Source: Acholeplasmataceae bacterium (GTDB lineage Bacteria; Bacillota_I; Bacilli_A; Acholeplasmatales; Acholeplasmataceae). Taken from it: a stretch of 64,000 nt of DNA. A model generated the notes under the pieces. That model worked only from the letters and a program-made list of their open reading frames with translations. It did not search any database and was not told the DNA's origin. The stretch is taken from the NCBI GenBank assembly GCA_963675245.1, contig OY775910.1, forward strand, positions 192,001-256,000. The letters are read 5' to 3'. The translations under genes were made by a program, and so were the position numbers. Every line of letters begins with the position of its first letter. The first letter of the stretch is position 1. This document shows positions 9,104 through 18,346 of the stretch, piece by piece.

Positions 9104-10666
9104 CTATTTTCCAGAGTTCCCATAATTTTTTAAATAACGAGCACTAGGATCATTCACGTCGCAACCTTCCCATGTCGCATTAGGCATCCAATAACCTTTT
9201 ATTACATGATCATGCCCTAAAAAATATAGATCAAAGAGTTCTCGATACAACAACGCTTCTTTCGAAATCGGTTCAGGTTTTAACAACTTCTTTTTAATGC
9301 TAAAAGTGTCATCATCATAACAACTTTCAGCATATGCCTTTAAATGATCTACCATACTATGACCGACTGCATCGCTAAACGCCGCTTTTTCTCGATATAA
9401 AATATCATGAGGCAAATAGTGATTTGAGAAAGCTTTTCGTAATAAATTTTTACCGATTCCTGTCGTATTCATTTTTAATCTGGGGTCAATGCTGACAATA
9501 TAATCAACAAAGCTCTTATCACTAAATGGTACACGTGCTTCTAGCGCGTTCGCCGCTAAACAACGATCTGCTCGTAAAACATCATACATATATAATTCAT
9601 TTAAACGTTTCACTTCTTCTGCTTGAAATGCTTCTGGAGAAGGTGCAAAATCAGTATATTTATACCCAAACAACTCATCACTTACTTCACCTGTTAAAAG
9701 CACTTTGATATCTGTATGTTCATGGATGTATTTAGCAATCATAAACATCCCAATGGACGCTCTAATTGTTGTAATATCATATGTTTCAAGTGCATATATC
9801 ACTTTTGATAAACTATCTAAAACATCTTCCTTTGTCATGAAAACCTCAGTGTGATCAGTTTTTAGATTATTCGCAACTTGTTTCGCGTACTTTAAATCAA
9901 TAGGATCCGTATCCATGCCTATACTAAATGTTTTAATTGGTTTATTTGAATACCTTTGAGCAATCGCACAAACTAAGCTAGAATCTAAACCACCCGATAA
10001 TAAATAACCGATAGGCGCATCTGCGTGCATTCTCTTTATAACTGCATCTGTAAACAATCGATTAATCGTTTGATAGATCTCATCTAATGAGAAAACTTGT
10101 GGTTTAACTAAAGACCAATCCATATGATATCTCACAAATGATGTCCCATCATAATAGTGTCCAGGTGGAAAAGGATGCACTTTTTTTACACTTTTAAGAA
10201 TCGCTTTTACTTCACTGGCAAAAACAATCTCATCATGGTTATCGAATCCATAAAAAAGTGGTCTTATGCCTAATGGGTCTCTACCAGCAATAAAACACTT
10301 CTTATCATGATCATAAATCACTATCGCAAATTCTGCATCAAGCATACCAAACATATCATTACCAAATGTGTTATATAACGGTAATAATACTTCACAATCA
10401 CTACCTGATGTAAACATGTAGTTTTTTAAAAATCCCTTTAAAGAACGTTCATTATAAATTTCAGCGTTAGCAACTAATACATTTCCTGCTAACATAAATG
10501 GTTGCATCCCTGATTCATCCAAACCCATAATTGCTAACCGGTTAAAATAAAATTGATAGTGATTATTAATCAACTGACGTTGTTGATCAGGTCCTCTCAT
10601 TAAAATCTTTTTTGCACCTTCATCTAACTTAATATCTACACTTTTTGATACGACAATACCGCACAT
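9104..10666 (-). CDS. asnB: Glutamine-hydrolysing asparagine synthetase B
   Basis: N-terminal MCGI nucleophile (start set to ATG 10666), RDPLGIRPLF, LSGGLDSS, EARVPF; Asn T-box upstream. Confidence 0.95.
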   Translation of the reverse strand: MCGIVVSKSVDIKLDEGAKKILMRGPDQQRQLINNHYQFYFNRLAIMGLDESGMQPFMLAGNVLVANAEIYNERSLKGFLKNYMFTSGSDCEVLLPLYNTFGNDMFGMLDAEFAIVIYDHDKKCFIAGRDPLGIRPLFYGFDNHDEIVFASEVKAILKSVKKVHPFPPGHYYDGTSFVRYHMDWSLVKPQVFSLDEIYQTINRLFTDAVIKRMHADAPIGYLLSGGLDSSLVCAIAQRYSNKPIKTFSIGMDTDPIDLKYAKQVANNLKTDHTEVFMTKEDVLDSLSKVIYALETYDITTIRASIGMFMIAKYIHEHTDIKVLLTGEVSDELFGYKYTDFAPSPEAFQAEEVKRLNELYMYDVLRADRCLAANALEARVPFSDKSFVDYIVSIDPRLKMNTTGIGKNLLRKAFSNHYLPHDILYREKAAFSDAVGHSMVDHLKAYAESCYDDDTFSIKKKLLKPEPISKEALLYRELFDLYFLGHDHVIKGYWMPNATWEGCDVNDPSARYLKNYGNSGK

Positions 10667-10689
10667 CTCCATCATCCTTTCAAGATAAA

Positions 10690-10937
10690 ATAAAAAGAGT
10701 CTACTCCCACAATTGGGACGAATGACTCTAGATCCGCGGTACCACCCATATTATCAATTACTTGATCACTTTTACATGCTAACACATGATATCTCTTTAA
10801 CGGGAGAACCCGGCTTAATCTACTTATTTCGGTAAGCACTCCTCAGTGTTTTTCCATTCATGATCTTTATAGGTATTCCAGCATTTACCTACTCTCTTTA
10901 AAAGAACGTTTGAATGTACTCGTCTGATTCATCATTT
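10690..10937 (-). ncRNA. T-box riboswitch, Asn specifier (AAC)
   Basis: T-box AATATGGGTGGTACCGCG with antiterminator partner CGTCCC; stem I with AGAGA box and GCTG loop; specifier loop GAAAAACA (AAC at 10850-10848); stem II, CCGTT box; terminator AGAGTC..GACTCT-T-run. Confidence 0.93.
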
Positions 10938-10943
10938 GTAACT

Positions 10944-10972
10944 ATTCTAGCACAACTTATGAAACGCTGCAA
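10944..10972 (-). promoter_or_regulatory. Sigma-A promoter of T-box/asnB
   Basis: TTGCAG-N17-TAGAAT with extended TG. Confidence 0.7.
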
Positions 10973-10983
10973 TACCAAAAATT

Positions 10984-11003
10984 AAAAAGGACCAAAGTCC
11001 TTT
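10984..11003 (-). terminator. Terminator after HTH gene
   Basis: AAAGGAC-CAAA-GTCCTTT with T-run on the minus strand. Confidence 0.7.
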
Positions 11004-11004
11004 A

Positions 11005-11211
11005 TTAATTAGTTTGATATTCTAGTATATCGCCAGGTTGGCAGTCCAACACTTCACATATTTTTTCTAGCGTTGTGAAGCGGATCGCTTTTACCTTTCC
11101 CGTCTTCAGGTTTGATAGATTAGCAAGACTAATACCTACTTGTTCTGCAAGTTCATTTAAGCTCATTTTTCTATCTGCCATCATACGGTCTAATCTTGAA
11201 ATAATTGGCAT
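11005..11211 (-). CDS. YozG-like Cro/C1 HTH transcriptional regulator
   Basis: NLSNLKTGKVKAIRFTTL..CQPGDIL signature; coupled to DUF2975 gene. Confidence 0.92.
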   Translation of the reverse strand: MPIISRLDRMMADRKMSLNELAEQVGISLANLSNLKTGKVKAIRFTTLEKICEVLDCQPGDILEYQTN

Positions 11212-11816
11212 TAGACTGTTAAGTCATGCTCTTCCTGTAAATATGTGCCATAACTAAATACATACGCTAGAATAAGTATTAATGAGCCCATAAATACATG
11301 TGACCATTGGATAGAGAATCTGTAACTAACACTTTGAAATAAATCGAGCATGTTTGTTAATGTTCTCATTGAAATGCTATTAAATACAGGTAATAAAATA
11401 CTTGCTGCTAAGAATCCAAATCCCAAAACTTTTAAAATCTTCGCATTCGATTTTTCAAAAATTTGTCCATCTTTCACGTGACCGACTAATTGTTTTAATT
11501 GAATAATAACAAATTGCAAGAAACCCACACCTGCTAATCCATTCACTAATAATGCTAAGATTGAACGTTTCACATTAACTTCACCCGTGAAAAAGTTAGG
11601 ATCAATTTCCTGCATAATATCTGTTAATCTCGTACTCAACTCACTAAATTGTGCTAAGTCAACATCAAATAAACCTCTTGGTATAAATAACACCACCACA
11701 AATCCAACTGCCATGACACCTAATGCAATAAATAAGAAAATCATAAATATTTTTAAAACCACATGAAACACATTAATAATTCCTTTATATTTATTTTGAT
11801 CAAATGTATTTTCCAT
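11211..11816 (-). CDS. DUF2975 family membrane protein
   Basis: Four TM segments, IFEKSN motif, C-terminal GTYLQEEHDLTV; canonical pairing with YozG-like HTH. Confidence 0.88.
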   Translation of the reverse strand: MENTFDQNKYKGIINVFHVVLKIFMIFLFIALGVMAVGFVVVLFIPRGLFDVDLAQFSELSTRLTDIMQEIDPNFFTGEVNVKRSILALLVNGLAGVGFLQFVIIQLKQLVGHVKDGQIFEKSNAKILKVLGFGFLAASILLPVFNSISMRTLTNMLDLFQSVSYRFSIQWSHVFMGSLILILAYVFSYGTYLQEEHDLTV

Positions 11817-11837
11817 ATGAACACCTCCTACGCATCA

Positions 11838-11889
11838 ATATTATCACATCATTTTATATTTGTCAACATATATTTATCGTTTTTCGATA
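11838..11889 (-). promoter_or_regulatory. Promoter and candidate operator of the DUF2975-HTH operon
   Basis: TTGACA-N17-TAATAT; inverted repeat TATCG-N5-CGATA at 11875-11889. Confidence 0.6.
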
Positions 11890-11920
11890 TATTATTAATT
11901 TTTACCGTTAATATGCAAAT

Positions 11921-11949
11921 AAAAAGCAATCCCCTTGGGACTGCTTTTT
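11921..11949. terminator. Terminator after dNK gene
   Basis: AAAAAGCAATCCC-CTT-GGGACTGCTTTTT. Confidence 0.75.
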
Positions 11950-11950
11950 A

Positions 11951-12553
11951 TTATATGAGTTTATTGATTTGAATAACGGCTTTTTCAAACACTTCATCTT
12001 CTGATAAGCCACTTGTGTCAATAATGACATGAGGAATATTATAAACCGTACATTGTGCTGCTACTTTTGCAACATAATCACTCATTAAATCTTTGAAGTA
12101 AGGTTTATTCTTATCGAAATTATCAATTTCTTGTTGACGACCACGTTCCATTACTCGTCTTTCAAAGTTGTCCCAATCAATGTCTAAAATGATATATAAA
12201 TCAGGTTTTTTGATTTGATTCATGTAGGCGTGGAATACGCCATTATACATATTCATAATGGTCGGCATGTTTCTTAGATTATGTTGAGCGAAAAGCCAAT
12301 GCTCTACTAAATCTCTATCAACGACAAAATCACCCTTATATTTATTTTGACTTAACCAGTTATTATGAATGAAATAAATTTGTAAAAGCATTTCAACATC
12401 AGTTTTTTGTTCATATAACCATTTTAGAAGTGTATTGAATACTTCATCATTTTTCTCAAACTCTTCCATAACTGGTAAATTTAATTCTTTTCCTAAACGC
12501 GATACAAGCGTCGATTTACCTGATGCGATCATGCCACCTACTGATATTTTCAT
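11951..12553 (-). CDS. Deoxynucleoside kinase
   Basis: GMIASGKST P-loop, LQIYF, DR motif, ERGRxxE lid, PDLYI. Confidence 0.9.
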   Translation of the reverse strand: MKISVGGMIASGKSTLVSRLGKELNLPVMEEFEKNDEVFNTLLKWLYEQKTDVEMLLQIYFIHNNWLSQNKYKGDFVVDRDLVEHWLFAQHNLRNMPTIMNMYNGVFHAYMNQIKKPDLYIILDIDWDNFERRVMERGRQQEIDNFDKNKPYFKDLMSDYVAKVAAQCTVYNIPHVIIDTSGLSEDEVFEKAVIQINKLI

Positions 12554-12596
12554 ACTTATTCCTCTTTCTTTTATTATCCCTATTTAACTGTTTTAA

Positions 12597-12625
12597 ATTA
12601 TACCATCTATGATGGTTCATATCAA
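12597..12625 (-). promoter_or_regulatory. Sigma-A promoter of dNK gene
   Basis: TTGATA-N17-TATAAT with extended TG. Confidence 0.7.
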
Positions 12626-12646
12626 CCGTATCTAATTGTATTTTCG

Positions 12647-13180
12647 TTATAACGTAATTTCTTTAATCTTTTCTTTTAAACTGACAATGCAGCCACAATA
12701 TCTTTGGCAATAAAGACCATAATCTTTCGCCTTTTTTTGTCCTTCAAAATAGCCAATTCTAAAATCTTCATAATAAAAAGGTAAATCATATTTTTTACTA
12801 TATTTTTCAGCTAATCGTTTAATCACATCATGCTTTTGATAAGGACTTACTAATAAGCTGGTTGTTACTGCATCGTATCCTAGTTCTTTACCGACTTTAA
12901 AAAGTTTTTGAAGTCTTTTACTGTAGCACATCTCACAACGCGCTTCATCATTATCTCTTAACGCATCCCATAAATCCTCTTCATAATCAGGATAATAGAA
13001 TACATTAAATCCCTTATCGTTTGCTAGTTTTTCAACATTTTCTTCGCGTTTTTCGAATTCTTCATATGGATGAATATTTGGATTGTAATACAAACCATCT
13101 ACTTCTTGTCCTTTGATCTGTAATGATTCTACAGGATAAACCGCACATGGTGCACAACACATATGCATCAAAATCTTCAT
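12647..13180 (-). CDS. queH: Epoxyqueuosine reductase QueH
   Basis: HMCCAPC, YNPNIHP, RCxxC, YCQRYCGC motifs. Confidence 0.93.
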   Translation of the reverse strand: MKILMHMCCAPCAVYPVESLQIKGQEVDGLYYNPNIHPYEEFEKREENVEKLANDKGFNVFYYPDYEEDLWDALRDNDEARCEMCYSKRLQKLFKVGKELGYDAVTTSLLVSPYQKHDVIKRLAEKYSKKYDLPFYYEDFRIGYFEGQKKAKDYGLYCQRYCGCIVSLKEKIKEITL

Positions 13181-14160
13181 TTCTTTTGTCCTCTAATATA
13201 TTGTTTCGGATATGCAACATCCAAATGATTAATGACAACGTATGGATCTCTTAATAATAATCTACCGAAGAAAACCATATCGCATTTCCCTTCACTAATC
13301 GCATTTTCTGCAGATGTGAGATCTTCGATTAGTCCTCCACCAATGACTGGTAGACCTGTTTCACGTCTAATTACTTCAGCATACCCAAGTTGGTATCCAG
13401 AAAAAAGATTAATGTGAACTTTATAATTACCACCTGAAGACACATCAACAAGGTCGACTCCTAAATGTTTTACTTGGTTCATCATAAAAGCTAAATCATT
13501 AGGATGTAGTCCATCTTCCATATATTCTTCTGCAGTCACTCTTATACATAATGCTTTATCTAATGGCCATTCACTTCTCACAGCTTTAATCACTTCTTCT
13601 AAGAATAACACACCATCTTTGTATTTATCTGTTCTTTTATTCGATAATGGTGATAAAAATTCGTTAATCAAATAACCATGTGCAGCATGAATTTCAATCA
13701 TGTCATAACCGATGATACGTGCTCTTTTTGCTGCGTCTTTAAATTTATTGATGACACGATGAATATCATCAAGAGTCATTTCAGTTGGCTTGTCATAGCC
13801 TTCATACTCAATCGCAGAAGGGGCATAAGCTTTGGGAAGCTGTGCTTTTCTACCAGCATGGGCTAATTGAATACCTATTTTTGCATCATATTGATGTACG
13901 TGATCAACTATTTTTTTAAGGTTTGCAATATGTTCATCATTCCAAATACCTAAATCATTAACTGTAATTCTACCTTCTTGTTCAACCGCGGTTGCTTCTT
14001 GGATGATCAATCCAACGCCACCGATCGCTCTTGTCGCATAATGAACAACATGAAAATCAGTAGCAATCCCATCTTCAGCTGCACTATACATGCACATCGG
14101 TGCCATTACTATTCTATTTTTAAGTTGTAATTGATTAATATCAATACTTTTTTCCAACAT
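13177..14160 (-). CDS. namA: NADPH dehydrogenase (old yellow enzyme, YqjM/NamA type)
   Basis: PMCMYSA, QLAHAGRKA, HAAHGYL, LLRDPY. Confidence 0.88.
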   Translation of the reverse strand: MLEKSIDINQLQLKNRIVMAPMCMYSAAEDGIATDFHVVHYATRAIGGVGLIIQEATAVEQEGRITVNDLGIWNDEHIANLKKIVDHVHQYDAKIGIQLAHAGRKAQLPKAYAPSAIEYEGYDKPTEMTLDDIHRVINKFKDAAKRARIIGYDMIEIHAAHGYLINEFLSPLSNKRTDKYKDGVLFLEEVIKAVRSEWPLDKALCIRVTAEEYMEDGLHPNDLAFMMNQVKHLGVDLVDVSSGGNYKVHINLFSGYQLGYAEVIRRETGLPVIGGGLIEDLTSAENAISEGKCDMVFFGRLLLRDPYVVINHLDVAYPKQYIRGQKK

Positions 14161-14162
14161 AA

Positions 14163-14504
14163 TTATTCAAATCCTTTGTACGTTAATATATCCGTGATTA
14201 ATTCAAAAGGTATGTCTTGTTTATGACTGATTTGAATGGTTCCTTTTGATGTTTTATAGTCTTTTAACAATGCTTGATGCTTTTCAATATAGTCAGAACC
14301 CGGGTAAATACCAATATGTCCTTTAAAACAAGCAACATACATCACATTTTTCCCTTTAACATAATAGCCAGGTACACCATACCCCAATTTTTCTTCGGCA
14401 TCTGGTAGTTTGTTGATGATGACTTGCCTGATGGATAAGAATCTTGATTGAATGGTCTCGTCAAATGATGAGATATGTTTTAAGACGTCTGAATTTATAT
14501 TCAT
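14163..14504 (-). CDS. YdhG-like/DUF1801 protein
   Basis: E..GYGVPGY, KGHIGIYP, YKTSKGTIQ. Confidence 0.85.
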   Translation of the reverse strand: MNINSDVLKHISSFDETIQSRFLSIRQVIINKLPDAEEKLGYGVPGYYVKGKNVMYVACFKGHIGIYPGSDYIEKHQALLKDYKTSKGTIQISHKQDIPFELITDILTYKGFE

Positions 14505-14570
14505 CGAACCCTCCTAAATGATACATACAATTCTATTATATGATATAAAACAATAGTTTAAAAGATGTTT

Positions 14571-15731
14571 TTATATCTTATACTCGATATGATCACACGC
14601 GTTAAATATCGAAAATTCTTTTATACGATTTTTCAATTTCTGATTGAAATTTTTGTCGATTAAAGCCTCTTCTAACCATATTTGATGTACGTACAATGTT
14701 TTTAATTTATGATTAGTCTCAACATCTATTCTACCAACTAAATCATGACCATATAAAATAGGTAGGACATATGGGCCATACTTACGATCTTTTTCTGGTG
14801 TATAAATTTCCCATTTATAGTCAAAATCGAACAATTTTTTTATCAGTTTTCGATCCCAGATAAAACTATCTAAAGGCGCAATAAACTCAATGCGTTTCTC
14901 CTCGTTTTCGACTTCCTTTAAATATTTCTTGTCCTCTTTGAGGATATAATACACGTCATTATTTTCAACAACAAGTTCAATAATCTCTTCATTCTCAAGT
15001 AATTCCTGAAATCTATCTCTACGATCTTTCGCTTTCATATGTTGAATGCCTAAAAAGGCATCAGACGCACCACTGCCAAGCATACCAACAGCAGAAATTC
15101 TTCTTTTAATCATGAATCGTTGATACGCTTCAATTGATGTAAAGTAATTTTTTTGATTTAATATCGATTTATCGATATATGTCTCAGTTAAACCAAAGAA
15201 ACGTTTTAAACCTTTTCGATGGTGTATCATGATTTCACCTTTAAAATAAAGGTAATCCAATATCGCTTGACTTAATTTCAGATTATGCCATGCATGAAGT
15301 CTTGTTGGTATTTCCATTAACAAATCTTTTGGATCAATATATTCCATATGATTAAATGACGATCTAACGTGGTCAATTTCTTTTTGAAAATCAACAAGAT
15401 GTTCCACATAATGGTCTGACATTTGTATTCTATTTATTTCTAAGTATGGCCAATCTTCAATGCCATAGATAGACATATTTTTATCCCATTGATCAACAAC
15501 TTGATAGTCTTTATATAGCAAATCTTCAAGCATTGACTTCTGATAATTTTTAACTCGGGAAAATAACACAAGATCTGTATTTTTACCACAACGATCAATT
15601 GGATCAAACTGAATACATCCAGCCTGAGATATAAAATCCAAGCATCCTTGTTTATCATTAAAACGATAATGACCTAATAACCCTTGTTTACGTAAAATAA
15701 ACGCCTTTGCTTGTGCTTTCGAAATCATCAT
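14571..15731 (-). CDS. YcaQ/AlkZ-like (HTH_42) DNA crosslink glycosylase
   Basis: IQFDPI (QxD) motif, PLDSFIWDR, FDFDYKWEIYTP..RKYGPYVLPIL. Confidence 0.88.
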   Translation of the reverse strand: MMISKAQAKAFILRKQGLLGHYRFNDKQGCLDFISQAGCIQFDPIDRCGKNTDLVLFSRVKNYQKSMLEDLLYKDYQVVDQWDKNMSIYGIEDWPYLEINRIQMSDHYVEHLVDFQKEIDHVRSSFNHMEYIDPKDLLMEIPTRLHAWHNLKLSQAILDYLYFKGEIMIHHRKGLKRFFGLTETYIDKSILNQKNYFTSIEAYQRFMIKRRISAVGMLGSGASDAFLGIQHMKAKDRRDRFQELLENEEIIELVVENNDVYYILKEDKKYLKEVENEEKRIEFIAPLDSFIWDRKLIKKLFDFDYKWEIYTPEKDRKYGPYVLPILYGHDLVGRIDVETNHKLKTLYVHQIWLEEALIDKNFNQKLKNRIKEFSIFNACDHIEYKI

Positions 15732-16099
15732 TTAGATTCACCATCTTGATCATCTTTTGATTTTTCTTTGTTGTTTAATTCAATCCATTTATCCTTAATA
15801 TTAATCATATTTTTCTTATCAAATAATATATATCTTTGAATCAATAACGCTGTCACAATAATAAGTGGGATAACTGGTGTTCCTGGACCAAACCAGAACA
15901 GCATAACCGCTGTACCGATTGCTACCATCCAAGCATTACCTACTATCGTACCAAACGCAACAAAAAATACTGCCCATCCATGATATATAATATATGAAAT
16001 AATCAATGCTAGTACACCTCTAACAGTTCTCATTTCCTTAATAATTGCCCAAACTGTTAAGAAAAATACTTTCCAAAATATAATAAATTTATGCCACAT
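15728..16099 (-). CDS. Hypothetical membrane protein
   Basis: Hydrophobic ORF; start ATG 16099 after AGGAG; overlaps the next gene. Confidence 0.7.
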   Translation of the reverse strand: MWHKFIIFWKVFFLTVWAIIKEMRTVRGVLALIISYIIYHGWAVFFVAFGTIVGNAWMVAIGTAVMLFWFGPGTPVIPLIIVTALLIQRYILFDKKNMINIKDKWIELNNKEKSKDDQDGESK

Positions 16100-16134
16100 A
16101 TGAACTCCTATTAAAAAAATAGACACACCTGTGT

Positions 16135-16332
16135 CTACCTCTTTTGTACGTCTGGTCTTAGACTTCCTTGTTCAATCGCTTCGGGATAAGGATATGCTTC
16201 TTCACGCATACGTTTGAAGAGGACATATATTAAGCCACGATCGAAATCGATGCGGGTGATGACACCCCATCCTTTTTCGCCTTCAACCTTGACGCGTTCA
16301 CCAATTAAATATGTTTCATTGCTCCATGCCAT
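16135..16332 (-). CDS. Small SH3/Tudor-like hypothetical protein
   Basis: RBS GAGGTG, upstream TGGTATAAT, terminator TAGACAC-ACCT-GTGTCTA over the stop. Confidence 0.8.
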   Translation of the reverse strand: MAWSNETYLIGERVKVEGEKGWGVITRIDFDRGLIYVLFKRMREEAYPYPEAIEQGSLRPDVQKR

Positions 16333-16379
16333 AATTTAACACCTCAAAAAATATTATACCATAAAGAACCTTTAATATT

Positions 16380-17282
16380 TTACCAATTTAGATGCTTATG
16401 AATAACTATGTTATTATAAAACGCTTCAAATTGTTCTTTTAATTCAGGATTCATATGAAATTTAGCTGCTTCTATATGTGACTGAAGTTGATTCTCGTTT
16501 TTAATACCAGGAATAATGTAACTTACTTCTGGATACTGCCATATATATCCCATAGCGTATTTCACAAGCGCTTTATCATGAGTGATATCGATGAGTTCTT
16601 TGATAAGCTTACCACGAACTTTAATTTCATCTTTTGACCATCTTGATCGAATACCATCAAATCTACTATGTTCATCATATTTACCAGTTAACCATCCAGA
16701 ATCTAGTGGTACTTTGGTAATAATTTTAACTCCTTTATGCGATGCCAATTTAAATGCCTCTCTGGCATCTTGGAAGAAAATATTAAATAGTACTTCGATA
16801 TGAGTCGCGTTTGAGTGGTTGAGTATTAGAATCATATCTTCTGCACAATCAACACTAGCCCCATATCCTTTAATCAGCCCTTTTTGTTTGAGTTGTTCTA
16901 AGATGTCAAAATGAGTAGATTTACCTTCTAAAATATACTTTTCCGGATTATGTAATAACACGCTATCTAAATAATTTGTCTGTAATCTTTTACAAGATGA
17001 CATAATACTTTCTTCAATGATATCTTTTGAAAAATCAGTATGACCATCTGCATGATGTCCAAACTTTGATTGAATAAACACATTTCTTCTAACATCTTTT
17101 AGTGCTTTACCTAAAATAATTTCACTCAGACCATTACCATAACCTGGTGCAGTATCAAAAAAACGAATACCTAGATCATATGCTTTTTTAACGAGTCTAA
17201 TGCCTTCCTCTTCTGTCATGTCTGACCATAGTGGATTTGCGAGTTGCCACGCACCAAATCCTAAACGATTTAACTGATTCAT
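16380..17282 (-). CDS. Aldo/keto reductase
   Basis: LGFGAWQL, FFDTAPGYG, SKFG, LLHNP, IPG. Confidence 0.92.
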   Translation of the reverse strand: MNQLNRLGFGAWQLANPLWSDMTEEEGIRLVKKAYDLGIRFFDTAPGYGNGLSEIILGKALKDVRRNVFIQSKFGHHADGHTDFSKDIIEESIMSSCKRLQTNYLDSVLLHNPEKYILEGKSTHFDILEQLKQKGLIKGYGASVDCAEDMILILNHSNATHIEVLFNIFFQDAREAFKLASHKGVKIITKVPLDSGWLTGKYDEHSRFDGIRSRWSKDEIKVRGKLIKELIDITHDKALVKYAMGYIWQYPEVSYIIPGIKNENQLQSHIEAAKFHMNPELKEQFEAFYNNIVIHKHLNW

Positions 17283-18346
17283 ACTTGTTTTTTCCTATAC
17301 TCTCTTAACGTTGAACCAATTAAAAAAGATTTTTCATCATCTTTTTGTGCGCGTAAAAACCTCAATAATTTCTCAGCACCTTTACTTGGATCAAGAGATA
17401 ATAATGCTTGGATATCAGCTGCATATAGCGGATGATCAGTATCATGAACATTTTCTAATAGTGGATAAGCTGAGCGCTCATGATGACGTATAAAACGATA
17501 AAAATCGATGAGAATATCTGGCAATTTAGTATAAAGATCTTGACCAAATTGTTTCGCACTCTTTAAGGCGATATCATAAAGTTTACTCGCTTGAAATTTA
17601 GCCATATACAAAATGAGTGCATTTAGATCTTCATCCTCTTCATGCCAATTAATAAGTGTTTTTAATAGATTTGCACGCCATAAAAATCTATGTTTGGAAT
17701 CTTTTGTTAAACCGTATTGTTCAATAAATTTGCTGACAACTCTATCAAGGACATCCTGATCAAGCATTTCATACAATCTAAAACACATTTCAGATAATTC
17801 AGTTGAACCATCTTTATTCGTTAAATAACCATATAAATCATTTAAAATAATCTCTTTTTCGTCATGATATGCTTTCAAAAGTGGTTTAAATGACACTTCT
17901 TGTGTCGTAACTTTTTCTTTTCCTTTTTGATAAATGTATGTGTCATAGACGATTTTATCTTTATTCAGTGGCGTTTGTCTTAGGATTGAAAAACCAGTAC
18001 CACCATGTTCATAAGTGCGATGTGTCGGATGACCCACAATATCATTTCTAATAAACTTTAATTGTCTCAACGTTTTATTCTTGTTAATATTAACGTGATA
18101 TTTATAGCTAGTAAGTCCAATCGCTAAATCATATAATGCATCAATCGCGACAAACAATCCTTGCATTAAACCAAATACATCTAATAGGATCGCTCCTTTT
18201 TCAGATTGTGGTTCTGTTAAGTATCTTTCTATCATCAAATCCACATTTTCAAGCATCTCAAAAGCGCTCATGGCACGTTTACCATGTGCATTTTCAATAT
18301 CTTTTTGTTCATTTATAACAAATGATTTTAATCTATTTAAACTCAT
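17279..18346 (-). CDS. Hypothetical protein with N-terminal HEPN-like domain
   Basis: Helical N-terminus with IRNDIVGHPT (R-X5-H, R100/H106); 4-nt overlaps on both sides; the CDS is secure, the domain call is inferred. Confidence 0.7.
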   Translation of the reverse strand: MSLNRLKSFVINEQKDIENAHGKRAMSAFEMLENVDLMIERYLTEPQSEKGAILLDVFGLMQGLFVAIDALYDLAIGLTSYKYHVNINKNKTLRQLKFIRNDIVGHPTHRTYEHGGTGFSILRQTPLNKDKIVYDTYIYQKGKEKVTTQEVSFKPLLKAYHDEKEIILNDLYGYLTNKDGSTELSEMCFRLYEMLDQDVLDRVVSKFIEQYGLTKDSKHRFLWRANLLKTLINWHEEDEDLNALILYMAKFQASKLYDIALKSAKQFGQDLYTKLPDILIDFYRFIRHHERSAYPLLENVHDTDHPLYAADIQALLSLDPSKGAEKLLRFLRAQKDDEKSFLIGSTLREYRKKQV

